DNA of 64,000 nucleotides. Source: the human T2T-CHM13v2.0 reference genome, Homo sapiens. Numbering within the stretch: position 1 is the first letter of the stretch; every line of letters begins with the position of its first letter. Position numbers and translations under genes: made by a program. Location of the stretch: assembly GCF_009914755.1 (NCBI RefSeq), contig NC_060942.1, one strand, 5' to 3'. A model generated the notes under the pieces. That model saw only the letters and a program-made list of their open reading frames with translations, was not told where the DNA came from and made no database searches. Of this stretch, positions 1 to 12,552 are shown in pieces.

Positions 1-59
1 CAGTTTTGAAATGCTCTTTTTGTGGAATCTGCAAGTGGATATTTGGCTAGTTTTGAGGA

Positions 60-76
60 TTTCGTTGGAAGCGGGA
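60..76 (+). promoter_or_regulatory. CENP-B box, dimer A (TTTCGTTGGAAGCGGGA); representative of about 189 boxes in the window
   Basis: Exact match to YTTCGTTGGAARCGGGA. The count comes from summing dimers over all HOR units. Confidence 0.97.
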
Positions 77-397
77 ATTCATACAAATTGCAGACTGCAG
101 CGTTCTGAGAAACATCTTTGTGATGTTTGTATTCAGGACACAGAGTGGAACATTCCCTATCATAGAGCAGGTTGGAATCACTCCTTTTGTAGTATCTGGA
201 AGTGGACATTTGGAGCGCTTTCAGGCCTATGTTGAAAAAGGAAATATCTTCCCATAACAACTAGACACAAGCATTCTCAGAAACTTGTTTGTGATGTGTG
301 CCCTCTACTGACAGAGTTGAACCTTTCTTTTCATAGAGCAGTTTTGAAACACTCTTTTTGTAGAATCTGCAAGAGGATATTTGCATAGCTTTGAGGA

Positions 398-414
398 TTT
401 CGTGGGAAACGGGA
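398..414 (+). promoter_or_regulatory. CENP-B box, dimer B variant (TTTCGTGGGAAACGGGA)
   Basis: Keeps the 9 essential bases nTTCGnnnnAnnCGGGn; T>G at non-essential position 7. Confidence 0.92.
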
Positions 415-739
415 TTGTCTTCAGGTAAAATCTAGACAGAAGCATTCTCAGAAACTTCTTTGGGATGTTTGCATTCAAGTCACAGAGTAGAATATTCCCT
501 TTGGTAGAGCAGGTTTGAAACACTCTTTTTATAGTATCTGGAAGTGGACATTTGGAGCCCTTTCAGGCCTATGTTGGAAAGGGAAATATCTTCCCGTAAC
601 AACTAGGCAGAAGCATTCTCAGAAACTTATTTGAGATGTGTGTACTCAACTAAGAGAATTGAACCACCGTTTTGAAGGAGCAGTTTTGAAACACTCTTTT
701 TCTGGAATCTGCAAGAGGATATTTGCCTAGCTTTGAGGA

Positions 740-756
740 TTTCGTTGGAAACGGGA
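740..756 (+). promoter_or_regulatory. CENP-B box, dimer C (TTTCGTTGGAAACGGGA)
   Basis: Exact consensus match. Confidence 0.97.
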
Positions 757-1081
757 TTGTCTTCAGATCAAATCTAGACAGAAGCATTCTCAGAAACTTC
801 TTTGGGATGTTTGCATTCAAGTCACAGAGTAGAACATTCCCTTTGGTAGAGCAGGTTTGAAACACTCTTTTTTTAGTATATGGAAGTGGACATTTGGAGC
901 GCTTTCAGGCCTACGTTGGAAAAGGAAATATCTTCCCATAACAATTAGACAGAAGCATTCTCAGAAACTAGTTTCTGATGTGTGTCCTCAACTAACACAG
1001 TTGAACATTTCTTTAGACAGAACAGTTTTGAAACTCTATTTTTGTGGAATCTGCAAGTGGCTATTTGGCTAGATTTGAGGA

Positions 1082-1098
1082 TTTCGTTGGAAACGGGA
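1082..1098 (+). promoter_or_regulatory. CENP-B box, dimer D (TTTCGTTGGAAACGGGA)
   Basis: Exact consensus match. Confidence 0.97.
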
Positions 1099-1248
1099 TT
1101 ACATATAAAAAGCAGACAGCAGCATTCTCAGAACGTTCTTTGTGATGATTGCATTCAAGTCACAGAATTGAACATTCCCTTTCACAGAGCAGGTTTGAAA
1201 CACTCTTTTTGTAGTGTGTGTAAGTGGACATTTGGAGCACTTTCCGGC

Positions 1249-1265
1249 CTAAGGTGAAAAAGGAA
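1249..1265 (+). promoter_or_regulatory. pJ-alpha-type site in the box-less (A-type) monomer (CTAAGGTGAAAAAGGAA); a second copy lies at 1924-1940
   Basis: Sits at the CENP-B-box-equivalent position of the alternate monomer and contains the GTGAAAAAG core described for A-type alphoid monomers. Confidence 0.65.
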
Positions 1266-1419
1266 ATATCTTCCCATAAAAACTAGACAGAAGCATTCTC
1301 AGAAACTTACTCGTGATGTGTGTCCTCAACTAAAGGAGTAGAACCTTTCTTTTCATAGAGAAGTTTTGAAACGCTCTTTTTGTGGAATCTGCAAGTGGAT
1401 ATTTGGCTAGTTTTGAGGA

Positions 1420-1436
1420 TTTCGTTGGAAGCGGGA
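1420..1436 (+). promoter_or_regulatory. CENP-B box, dimer E (TTTCGTTGGAAGCGGGA), overlapping the EcoRI site at 1435
   Basis: Exact consensus match. Confidence 0.97.
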
Positions 1437-1757
1437 ATTCATACAAATTGCAGACTGCAGCTTTCTGAGAAACATCTTTGTGATGTTTGTATTCAGGACA
1501 CAGAGTTGAACATTCCCTATCATAGAGCAGGTTTGAATCACTCCTTTTGTAGTATCTGGAAGTGGACATTTGGAGCGCTTTCAAGCCTATGTTGGAAAAG
1601 GAAATATCTTCCCATAACAACTAGACAGAAGCATTCTCAGAAACTTATTTGAGATGTGTGTACTCAACTAAGAGAATTGAACCACCGTTTTGAAGGAGCA
1701 GTTTTGAAACACTCTTTTTCTGGAATCTGCAAGTGGATATTTGGCTAGCTTTGCGGA

Positions 1758-1774
1758 TTTCGCTGGAAGCGGGA
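1758..1774 (+). promoter_or_regulatory. CENP-B box, dimer F variant (TTTCGCTGGAAGCGGGA)
   Basis: The 9 essential bases are intact; T>C at non-essential position 6. Confidence 0.92.
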
Positions 1775-4700
1775 ATACATATAAAAAGCCCACAGCAGCG
1801 TTCTGAGAAACTGCTTTCTGATGTTTGCATTCAAGTCAAAAGTTGAACACTCCCTTTCATAGTGCAGTCCTGAAACACTCCTTTTGTAGTATCTGGAACT
1901 GGACTTTTGGAGCGCTTTCAGGGCTAAGGTGAAAAAGGAAATATCTTCCCATAAAAACTGGACAGAAGCATTCTCAGAAACTTGTTTATGCTGTATCTAC
2001 TCAACTAACAAAGTTGAACCTTTCTTTTGATAGAGCAGTTTTGAAATGCTCTTTTTGTGGAATCTGCAAGTGGATATTTGGCTAGTTTTGAGGATTTCGT
2101 TGGAAGCGGGAATTCATACAAATTGCAGACTGCAGCGTTCTGAGAAACATCTTTGTGATGTTTGTATTCAGGACAGAGAGTTGAACATTCCCTATCATAG
2201 AGCAGGTTGGAATCACTCCTTTTGTAGTATCTGGAAGTGGACATTTGGAGCGCTTTCAGGCCTATGTTGAAAAAGGAAATATCTTCCCATAACAACTAGA
2301 CACAAGCATTCTCAGAAACTTGTTTGTGATGTGTGCCCTCTACTGACAGAGTTGAACCTTTCTTTTCATAGAGCAGTTTTGAAACACTCTTTTTGTAGAA
2401 TCTGCAAGAGGATATTTGCATAGCTTTGAGGATTTCGTGGGAAACGGGATTGTCTTCAGGTAAAATCTAGACAGAAGCATTCTCAGAAACTTCTTTGGGA
2501 TGTTTGCATTCAAGTCACAGAGTAGAACATTCCCTTTGGTAGAGCAGGTTTGAAACACTCTTTTTATAGTATCTGGAAGTGGACATTTGGAGCGCTTTCA
2601 GGCCTATGTTGGAAAGGGAAATATCTTCCCGTAACAACTAGGCAGAAGCATTCTCAGAAACTTATTTGAGATGTGTGTACTCAACTAAGAGAATTGAACC
2701 ACCGTTTTGAAGGAGCAGTTTTGAAACACTCTTTTTCTGGAATCTGCAAGAGGATATTTGCCTAGCTTTGAGGATTTCGTTGGAAACGGGATTGTCTTCA
2801 GATCAAATCTAGACAGAAGCATTCTCAGAAACTTCTTTGGGATGTTTGCATTCAAGTCACAGAGTAGAACATTCCCTTTGGTAGAGCAGGTTTGAAACAC
2901 TCTTTTTTTAGTATATGGAAGTGGACATTTGGAGCGCTTTCAGGCCTACGTTGGAAAAGGAAATATCTTCCCATAACAATTAGACAGAAGCATTCTCAGA
3001 AACTAGTTTCTGATGTGTGTCCTCAACTAACACAGTTGAACATTTCTTTAGACAGAACAGTTTTGAAACTCTCTTTTTGTGGAATCTGCAAGTGGCTATT
3101 TGGCTAGATTTGAGGATTTCGTTGGAAACGGGATTACATATAAAAAGCAGACAGCAGCATTCTCAGAACGTTCTTTGTGATGATTGCATTCAAGTCACAG
3201 AATTGAACATTCCCTTTCACAGAGCAGGTTTGAAACACTCTTTTTGTAGTGTGTGTAAGTGGACATTTGGAGCACTTTCCGGCCTAAGGTGAAAAAGGAA
3301 ATATCTTCCCATAAAAACTAGACAGAAGCATTCTCAGAAACTTACTCGTGATGTGTGTCCTCAACTAAAGGAGTAGAACCTTTCTTTTCATAGAGAAGTT
3401 TTGAAACGCTCTTTTTGTGGAATCTGCAAGTGGATATTTGGCTAGTTTGGAGGATTTCGTTGGAAGCGGGAATTCATACAAATTGCAGACTGCAGCTTTC
3501 TGAGAAACATCTTTGTGATGTTTGTATTCAGGACACAGAGTTGAACATTCCCTATCATAGAGCAGGTTTGAATCACTCCTTTTGTAGTATCTGGAAGTGG
3601 ACATTTGGAGCGCTTTCAAGCCTATGTTGGAAAAGGAAATATCTTCCCATAACAACTAGACAGAAGCATTCTCAGAAACTTATTTGAGATGTGTGTACTC
3701 AACTAAGAGAATTGAACCACCGTTTTGAAGGAGCAGTTTTGAAACACTCTTTTTCTGGAATCTGCAAGTGGATATTTGGCTAGCTTTGGGGATTTCGCTG
3801 GAAGCGGGAATACATATAAAAAGCCCACAGCAGCGTTCTGAGAAACTGCTTTCTGATGTTTGCATTCAAGTCAAAAGTTGAACACTCCCTTTCATAGTGC
3901 AGTCCTGAAACACTCCTTTTGTAGTATCTGGAACTGGACTTTTGGAGCGCTTTCAGGGCTAAGGTGAAAAAGGAAATATCTTCCCATAAAAACTGGACAG
4001 AAGCATTCTCAGAAACTTGTTTATGCTGTATCTACTCAACTAACAAAGTTGAACCTTTCTTTTGATAGAGCAGTTTTGAAATGCTCTTTTTGTGGAATCT
4101 GCAAGTGGATATTTGGCTAGTTTTGAGGATTTCGTTGGAAGCGGGAATTCATACAAATTGCAGACTGCAGCGTTCTGAGAAACATCTTTGTGATGTTTGT
4201 ATTCAGGACAGAGAGTTGAACATTCCCTATCATAGAGCAGGTTGGAATCACTCCTTTTGTAGTATCTGGAAGTGGACATTTGGAGCGCTTTCAGGCCTAT
4301 GTTGAAAAAGGAAATATCTTCCCATAACAACTAGACACAAGCATTCTCAGAAACTTGTTTGTGATGTGTGCCCTCTACTGACAGAGTTGAACCTTTCTTT
4401 TCATAGAGCAGTTTTGAAACACTCTTTTTGTAGAATCTGCAAGAGGATATTTGCATAGCTTTGAGGATTTCGTGGGAAACGGGATTGTCTTCAGGTAAAA
4501 TCTAGACAGAAGCATTCTCAGAAACTTCTTTGGGATGTTTGCATTCAAGTCACAGAGTAGAACATTCCCTTTGGTAGAGCAGGTTTGAAACACTCTTTTT
4601 GTAGTATCTGGAAGTGGACATTTGGAGCGCTTTCAGGCCTATGTTGGAAAGGGAAATATCTTCCCGTAACAACTAGGCAGAAGCATTCTCAGAAACTTAT

Positions 4701-7700
4701 TTGAGATGTGTGTACTCAACTAAGAGAATTGAACCACCGTTTTGAAGGAGCAGTTTTGAAACACTCTTTTTCTGGAATCTGCAAGAGGATATTTGCCTAG
4801 CCTTGAGGATTTCGTTGGAAACGGGATTGTCTTCAGATCAAATCTAGACAGAAGCATTCTCAGAAACTTCTTTGGGATGTTTGCATTCAAGTCACAGAGT
4901 AGAACATTCCCTTTGGTAGAGCAGGTTTGAAACACTCTTTTTTTAGTATATGGAAGTGGACATTTGGAGCGCTTTCAGGCCTACGTTGGAAAAGGAAATA
5001 TCTTCCCATAACAACTAGACAGAAGCATTCTCAGAAACTAGTTTCTGATGTGTGTCCTCAACTAACACAGTTGAACATTTCTTTAGACAGAACAGTTTTG
5101 AAACTCTCTTTTCGTGGAATCTGCAAGTGGCTGTTTGGCTAGATTTGAGGATTTCGTTGGAAACGGGATTACATATAAAAAGCAGACAGCAGCATTCTCA
5201 GAAAGTTCTTTGTGATGATTGCATTCAAGTCACAGAATTGAACATTCCCTTTCACAGAGCAGGTTTGAAACACTCTTTTTGTAGTGTGTGTAAGTGGACA
5301 TTTGGAGCACTTTCCGGCCTAAGGTGAAAAAGGAAATATCTTCCCATAAAAACTAGACAGAAGCATTCTCAGAAACTTACTCGTGATGTGTGTCCTCAAC
5401 TTAAGGAGTAGAACCTTTGTTTTCATAGAGAAGTTTTGAAACGCTCTTTTTGTGGAATCTGCAAGTGGATATTTGGCTAGTTTTGAGGATTTCGTTGGAA
5501 GCGGGAATTCATACAAATTGCAGACTGCAGCGTTCTGAGAAACATCTTTGTGATGTTTGTATTCAGGACACAGAGTTGAACATTCCCTATCATAGAGCAG
5601 GTTTGAATCACTCCTTTTGTAGTATCTGGAAGTGGACATTTGGAGCGCTTTCCGGCCTATGTTGGAAAAGGAAATATCTTCCCATAACAACTAGACAGAA
5701 GCATTCTCAGAAACTTATTTGAGATGTGTGTACTCAACTAAGAGAATTGAACCACCGTTTTGAAGGAGCAGTTTTGAAACACTCTTTTTCTGGAATCTGC
5801 AAGTGGATATTTGGCTAGCTTTGGGGATTTCGCTGGAAGCGGGAATACATATAAAAAGCACACAGCAGCGTTCTGAGAAACTGCTTTCTGATGTTTGCAT
5901 TCAAGTCAAAAGTTGAACACTCCCTTTCATAGAGCAGTCCTGAAACACTCCTTTTGTAGTATCTGGAACTGGATTTTTGGAGCGCTTTCAGGGCTAAGGT
6001 GAAAAAGGAAATATCTTCCCATAAAAACTGGACAGAAGCATTCTCAGAAACTTGTTTATGCTGTATCTACTCAACTAACAAAGTTGAACCTTTCTTTTGA
6101 TAGAGCAGTTTTGAAATGCTCTTTTTGTGGAATCTGCAAGTGGATATTTGGCTAGTTTTGAGGATTTCGCTGGAAGCGGGAATTCATACAAATTGCAGAC
6201 TGCAGCGTTCTGAGAAACATCTTTGTGATGTTTGTATTCAGGACAGAGAGTTGAACATTCCCTATCATAGAGCAGGTTGGAATCACTCCTTTTGTAGTAT
6301 CTGGAAGTGGACATTTGGAGCGCTTTCAGGCCTATGTTGAAAAAGGAAATATCTTCCCATAACAACTAGACACAAGCATTCTCAGAAACTTGTTTGTGAT
6401 GTGTGCCCTCTACTGACAGAGTTGAACCTTTCTTTTCATAGAGCAGTTTTGAAACACTCTTTTTGTAGAATCTGCAAGAGGATATTTGCATAGCTTTGAG
6501 GATTTCGTGGGAAACGGGATTGTCTTCAGGTAAAATCTAGACAGAAGCATTCTCAGAAACTTCTTTGGGATGTTTGCATTCAAGTCACAGAGTAGAACAT
6601 TCCCTTTGGTAGAGCAGGTTTGAAACACTCTTTTTGTAGTATCTGGAAGTGGACATTTGGAGCGCTTTCAGGCCTATGTTGGAAAGGGAAATATCTTCCC
6701 GTAACAACTAGGCAGAAGCATTCTCAGAAACTTATTTGAGATGTGTGTACTCAACTAAGAGAATTGAACCACCGTTTTGAAGGAGCAGTTTTGAAACACT
6801 CTTTTTCTGGAATCTGCAAGAGGATATTTGCCTAGCCTTGAGGATTTCGTTGGAAACGGGATTGTCTTCAGATCAAATCTAGACAGAAGCATTCTCAGAA
6901 ACTTCTTTGGGATGTTTGCATTCAAGTCACAGAGTAGAACATTCCCTTTGGTAGAGCAGGTTTGAAACACTCTTTTTTTAGTATATGGAAGTGGACATTT
7001 GGAGCGCTTTCAGGCCTACGTTGGAAAAGGAAATATCTTCCCATAACAACTAGACAGAAGCATTCTCAGAAACTAGTTTCTGATGTGTGTCCTCAACTAA
7101 CACAGTTGAACATTTCTTTAGACAGAACAGTTTTGAAACTCTCTTTTCGTGGAATCTGCAAGTGGCTATTTGGCTAGATTTGAGGATTTCGTTGGAAACG
7201 GGATTACATATAAAAAGCAGACAGCAGCATTCTCAGAAAGTTCTTTGTGATGATTGCATTCAAGTCACAGAATTGAACATTCCCTTTCACAGAGCAGGTT
7301 TGAAACACTCTTTTTGTAGTGTGTGTAAGTGGACATTTGGAGCACTTTCCGGCCTAAGGTGAAAAAGGAAATATCTTCCCATAAAAACTAGACAGAAGCA
7401 TTCTCAGAAACTTACTCGTGATGTGTGTCCTCAACTTAAGGAGTAGAACCTTTGTTTTCATAGAGAAGTTTTGAAACGCTCTTTTTGTGGAATCTGCAAG
7501 TGGATATTTGGCTAGTTTTGAGGATTTCGTTGGAAGCGGGAATTCATACAAATTGCAGACTGCAGCGTTCTGAGAAACATCTTTGTGATGTTTGTATTCA
7601 GGACACAGAGTTGAACATTCCCTATCATAGAGCAGGTTGGAATCACTCCTTTTGTAGTATCTGGAAGTGGACATTTGGAGCGCTTTCAGGCCTATGTTGG

Positions 7701-8140
7701 AAAAGGAAATATCTTCCCATAACAACTAGACAGAAGCATTCTCAGAAACTTATTTGAGATGTGTGTACTCAACTAAGAGAATTGAACCACCGTTTTGAAG
7801 GAGCAGTTTTGAAACACTCTTTTTCTGGAATCTGCAAGTGGATATTTGGCTAGCTTTGGGGATTTCGCTGGAAGCGGGAATACATATAAAAAGCACACAG
7901 CAGCGTTCTGAGAAACTGCTTTCTGATGTTTGCATTCAAGTCAAAAGTTGAACACTCCCTTTCATAGAGCAGTCCTGAAACACTCCTTTTGTAGTATCTG
8001 GAACTGGACTTTTGGAGCGCTTTCAGGGCTAAGGTGAAAAAGGAAATATCTTCCCATAAAAACTGGACAGAAGCATTCTCAGAAACTTGTTTATGCTGTA
8101 TCTACTCAACTAACAAAGTTGAACCTTTCTTTTGATAGAG

Positions 8141-10517
8141 CAGTTTTGAAATGCTCTTTTTGTGGAATCTGCAAGTGGATATTTGGCTAGTTTTGAGGAT
8201 TTCGCTGGAAGCGGGAATTCATACAAATTGCAGACTGCAGCGTTCTGAGAAACATCTTTGTGATGTTTGTATTCAGGACAGAGAGTTGAACATTCCCTAT
8301 CATAGAGCAGGTTGGAATCACTCCTTTTGTAGTATCTGGAAGTGGACATTTGGAGCGCTTTCAGGCCTATGTTGAAAAAGGAAATATCTTCCCATAACAA
8401 CTAGACACAAGCATTCTCAGAAACTTGTTTGTGATGTGTGCCCTCTACTGACAGAGTTGAACCTTTCTTTTCATAGAGCAGTTTTGAAACACTCTTTTTG
8501 TAGAATCTGCAAGAGGATATTTGCATAGCTTTGAGGATTTCGTGGGAAACGGGATTGTCTTCAGGTAAAATCTAGACAGAAGCATTCTCAGAAACTTCTT
8601 TGGGATGTTTGCATTCAAGTCACAGAGTAGAACATTCCCTTTGGTAGAGCAGGTTTGAAACACTCTTTTTGTAGTATCTGGAAGTGGACATTTGGAGCGC
8701 TTTCAGGCCTATGTTGGAAAGGGAAATATCTTCCCGTAACAACTAGGCAGAAGCATTCTCAGAAACTTATTTGAGATGTGTGTACTCAACTAAGAGAATT
8801 GAACCACCGTTTTGAAGGAGCAGTATTGAAACACTCTTTTTCTGGAATCTGCAAGAGGATATTTGCCTAGCCTTGAGGATTTCGTTGGAAACGGGATTGT
8901 CTTCAGATCAAATCTAGACAGAAGCATTCTCAGAAACTTCTTTGGGATGTTTGCATTCAAGTCACAGAGTAGAACATTCCCTTTGGTAGAGCAGGTTTGA
9001 AACACTCTTTTTGTAGTATCTGGAAGTGGACATTTGGAGCGCTTTCAGGCCTATGTTGGAAAGGGAAATATCTTCCCGTAACAACTAGGCAGAAGCATTC
9101 TCAGAAACTTATTTGAGATGTGTGTACTCAACTAAGAGAATTGAACCACCGTTTTGAAGGAGCAGTTTTGAAACACTCTTTTTCTGGAATCTGCAAGAGG
9201 ATATTTGCCTAGCCTTGAGGATTTCGTTGGAAACGGGATTGTCTTCAGATCAAATCTAGACAGAAGCATTCTCAGAAACTTCTTTGGGATGTTTGCATTC
9301 AAGTCACAGAGTAGAACATTCCCTTTGGTAGAGCAGGTTTGAAACACTCTTTTTTTAGTATATGGAAGTGGACATTTGGAGCGCTTTCAGGTCTACGTTG
9401 GAAAAGGAAATATCTTCCCATAACAACTAGACAGAAGCATTCTCAGAAACTAGTTTCTGATGTGTGTCCTCAACTAACACAGTTGAACATTTCTTTAGAC
9501 AGAACAGTTTTGAAACACTCTTTTTGTGGAATCTGCAAGTGGCTATTTGGCTAGATTTGAGGATTTCGTTGGAAACGGGATTACATATAAAAAGCAGACA
9601 GCAGCATTCTCAGAAAGTTCTTTGTGATGATTGCATTCAAGTCACAGAATTGAACATTCCCTTTCACAGAGCAGGTTTGAAACACTCTTTTTGTAGTGTG
9701 TGTAAGTGGACATTTGGAGCACTTTCCGGCCTAAGGTGAAAAAGGAAATATCTTCCCATAAAAACTAGACAGAAGCACTCTCAGAAACTTACTCGTGATG
9801 TGTGTCCTCAACTAAAGGAGTAGAACCTTTCTTTTCATAGAGAAGTTTTGAAACGCTCTTTTTGTGGAATCTCCAAGTGGATATTTGGCTAGTTTTGAGG
9901 ATTTCGTTGGAAGCGGGAATTCATACAAATTGCAGACTGCAGCGTTCTGAGAAACATCTTTGTGATGTTTGTATTCAGGACACAGAGTTGAACATTCCCT
10001 ATCATAGAGCAGGTTTGAATCACTCCTTTTGTAGTATCTGGAAGTGGACATTTGGAGCGCTTTCAGGCCTATGTTGGAAAAGGAAATATCTTCCCATAAC
10101 AACTAGACAGAAGCATTCTCAGAAACTTATTTGAGATGTGTGTACTCAACTAAGAGAATTGAACCACCGTTTTGAAGGAGCAGTTTTGAAACACTCTTTT
10201 TCTGGAATCTGCAAGTGGATATTTGGCTAGCTTTGGGGATTTCGCTGGAAGCGGGAATACATATAAAAAGCACACAGCAGCGTTCTGAGAAACTGCTTTC
10301 TGATGTTTGCATTCAAGTCAAAAGTTGAACACTCCCTTTCATAGAGCAGTCCTGAAACACTACTTTTGTAGTATCTGGAACTGGACTTTTGGAGCGCTTT
10401 CAGGGCTAAGGTGAAAAAGGAAATATCTTCCCATAAAAACTGGACAGAAGCATTCTCAGAAACTTGTTTATGCTGTATCTACTCAACTAACAAAGTTGAA
10501 CCTTTCTTTTGATAGAG
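8141..10517 (+). repeat. 14-mer HOR variant ABCCDEF (2,377 bp; one extra 342-bp C dimer)
   Basis: Anchor spacing 8151->10528 = 2,377. Two C-type boxes followed by TTGTCTTCAGATCAAATCT (~8880, ~9222). Confidence 0.95.
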
Positions 10518-12552
10518 CAGTTTTGAAATGCTCTTTTTGTGGAATCTGCAAGTGGATATTTGGCTAGTTTTGAGGATTTCGTTGGAAGCGGGAATTCATA
10601 CAAATTGCAGACTGCAGCGTTCTGAGAAACATCTTTGTGATGTTTGTATTCAGGACACAGAGTGGAACATTCCCTATCATAGAGCAGGTTGGAATCACTC
10701 CTTTTGTAGTATCTGGAAGTGGACATTTGGAGCGCTTTCAGGCCTATGTTGAAAAAGGAAATATCTTCCCATAACAACTAGACACAAGCATTCTCAGAAA
10801 CTTGTTTGTGATGTGTGCCCTCTACTGACAGAGTTGAACCTTTCTTTTCATAGAGCAGTTTTGAAACACTCTTTTTGTAGAATCTGCAAGAGGATATTTG
10901 CATAGCTTTGAGGATTTCGTGGGAAACGGGATTGTCTTCAGGTAAAATCTAGACAGAAGCATTCTCAGAAACTTCTTTGGGATGTTTGCATTCAAGTCAC
11001 AGAGTAGAATATTCCCTTTGGTAGAGCAGGTTTGAAACACTCTTTTTATAGTATCTGGAAGTGGACATTTGGAGCGCTTTCAGGCCTATGTTGGAAAGGG
11101 AAATATCTTCCCGTAACAACTAGGCAGAAGCATTCTCAGAAACTTATTTGAGATGTGTGTACTCAACTAAGAAAATTGAACCACCGTTTTGAAGGAGCAG
11201 TTTTGAAACACTCTTTTTCTGGAATCTGCAAGAGGATATTTGCCTAGCTTTGAGGATTTCGTTGGAAACGGGATTGTCTTCAGATCAAATCTAGACAGAA
11301 GCATTCTCAGAAACTTCTTTGGGATGTTTGCATTCAAGTCACAGAGTAGAACATTCCCTTTGGTAGAGCAGGTTTGAAACACTCTTTTTTTAGTATATGG
11401 AAGTGGACATTTGGAGCGCTTTCAGGCCTACGTTGGAAAAGGAAATATCTTCCCATAACAATTAGACAGAAGCATTCTCAGAAACTAGTTTCTGATGTGT
11501 GTCCTCAACTAACACAGTTGAACATTTCTTTAGACAGAACAGTTTTGAAACTCTCTTTTTGTGGAATCTGCAAGTGGCTATTTGGCTAGATTTGAGGATT
11601 TCGTTGGAAACGGGATTACATATAAAAAGCAGACAGCAGCATTCTCAGAACGTTCTTTGTGATGATTGCATTCAAGTCACAGAATTGAACATTCCCTTTC
11701 ACAGAGCAGGTTTGAAACACTCTTTTTGTAGTGTGTGTAAGTGGACATTTGGAGCACTTTCCGGCCTAAGGTGAAAAAGGAAATATCTTCCCATAAAAAC
11801 TAGACAGAAGCATTCTCAGAAACTTACTCGTGATGTGTGTCCTCAACTAAAGGAGTAGAACCTTTCTTTTCATAGAGAAGTTTTGAAACGCTCTTTTTGT
11901 GGAATCTGCAAGTGGATATTTGGCTAGTTTGGAGGATTTCGTTGGAAGCGGGAATTCATACAAATTGCAGACTGCAGCTTTCTGAGAAACATCTTTGTGA
12001 TGTTTGTATTCAGGACACAGAGTTGAACATTCCCTATCATAGAGCAGGTTTGAATCACTCCTTTTGTAGTATCTGGAAGTGGACATTTGGAGCGCTTTCA
12101 AGCCTATGTTGGAAAAGGAAATATCTTCCCATAACAACTAGACAGAAGCATTCTCAGAAACTTATTTGAGATGTGTGTACTCAACTAAGAGAATTGAACC
12201 ACCGTTTTGAAGGAGCAGTTTTGAAACACTCTTTTTCTGGAATCTGCAAGTGGATATTTGGCTAGCTTTGGGGATTTCGCTGGAAGCGGGAATACATATA
12301 AAAAGCCCACAGCAGCGTTCTGAGAAACTGCTTTCTGATGTTTGCATTCAAGTCAAAAGTTGAACACTCCCTTTCATAGTGCAGTCCTGAAACACTCCTT
12401 TTGTAGTATCTGGAACTGGACTTTTGGAGCGCTTTCAGGGCTAAGGTGAAAAAGGAAATATCTTCCCATAAAAACTGGACAGAAGCATTCTCAGAAACTT
12501 GTTTATGCTGTATCTACTCAACTAACAAAGTTGAACCTTTCTTTTGATAGAG

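Larger units (their letters stand above)
1..2035 (+). repeat. D18Z1: Canonical 12-monomer HOR unit (2,035 bp; dimers A-B-C-D-E-F), most likely human chromosome 18 D18Z1 / S2C18H1L
   Basis: Six CENP-B boxes at 60, 398, 740, 1082, 1420 and 1758, with the next A box at 2095. GAATTC at 75, 1435 and 2110 gives 1,360- and 675-bp EcoRI fragments, matching the ~1.36 kb and ~0.68 kb fragments I recall for D18Z1. The chromosome assignment rests on recall, not alignment. Confidence 0.85.

Noticed and set aside
1100-1112. TATA-like ACATATAAAAAG after the D and F boxes
   Set aside because: It is an ordinary part of the monomer sequence, repeated in every HOR. The sequence alone gives no evidence of promoter activity.
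1-2035. Assignment to the X-chromosome 12-mer DXZ1
   Set aside because: DXZ1 is a ~2,057-bp pentamer-based (SF3) HOR. This unit is 2,035 bp and strictly dimeric, with a box in every second monomer.
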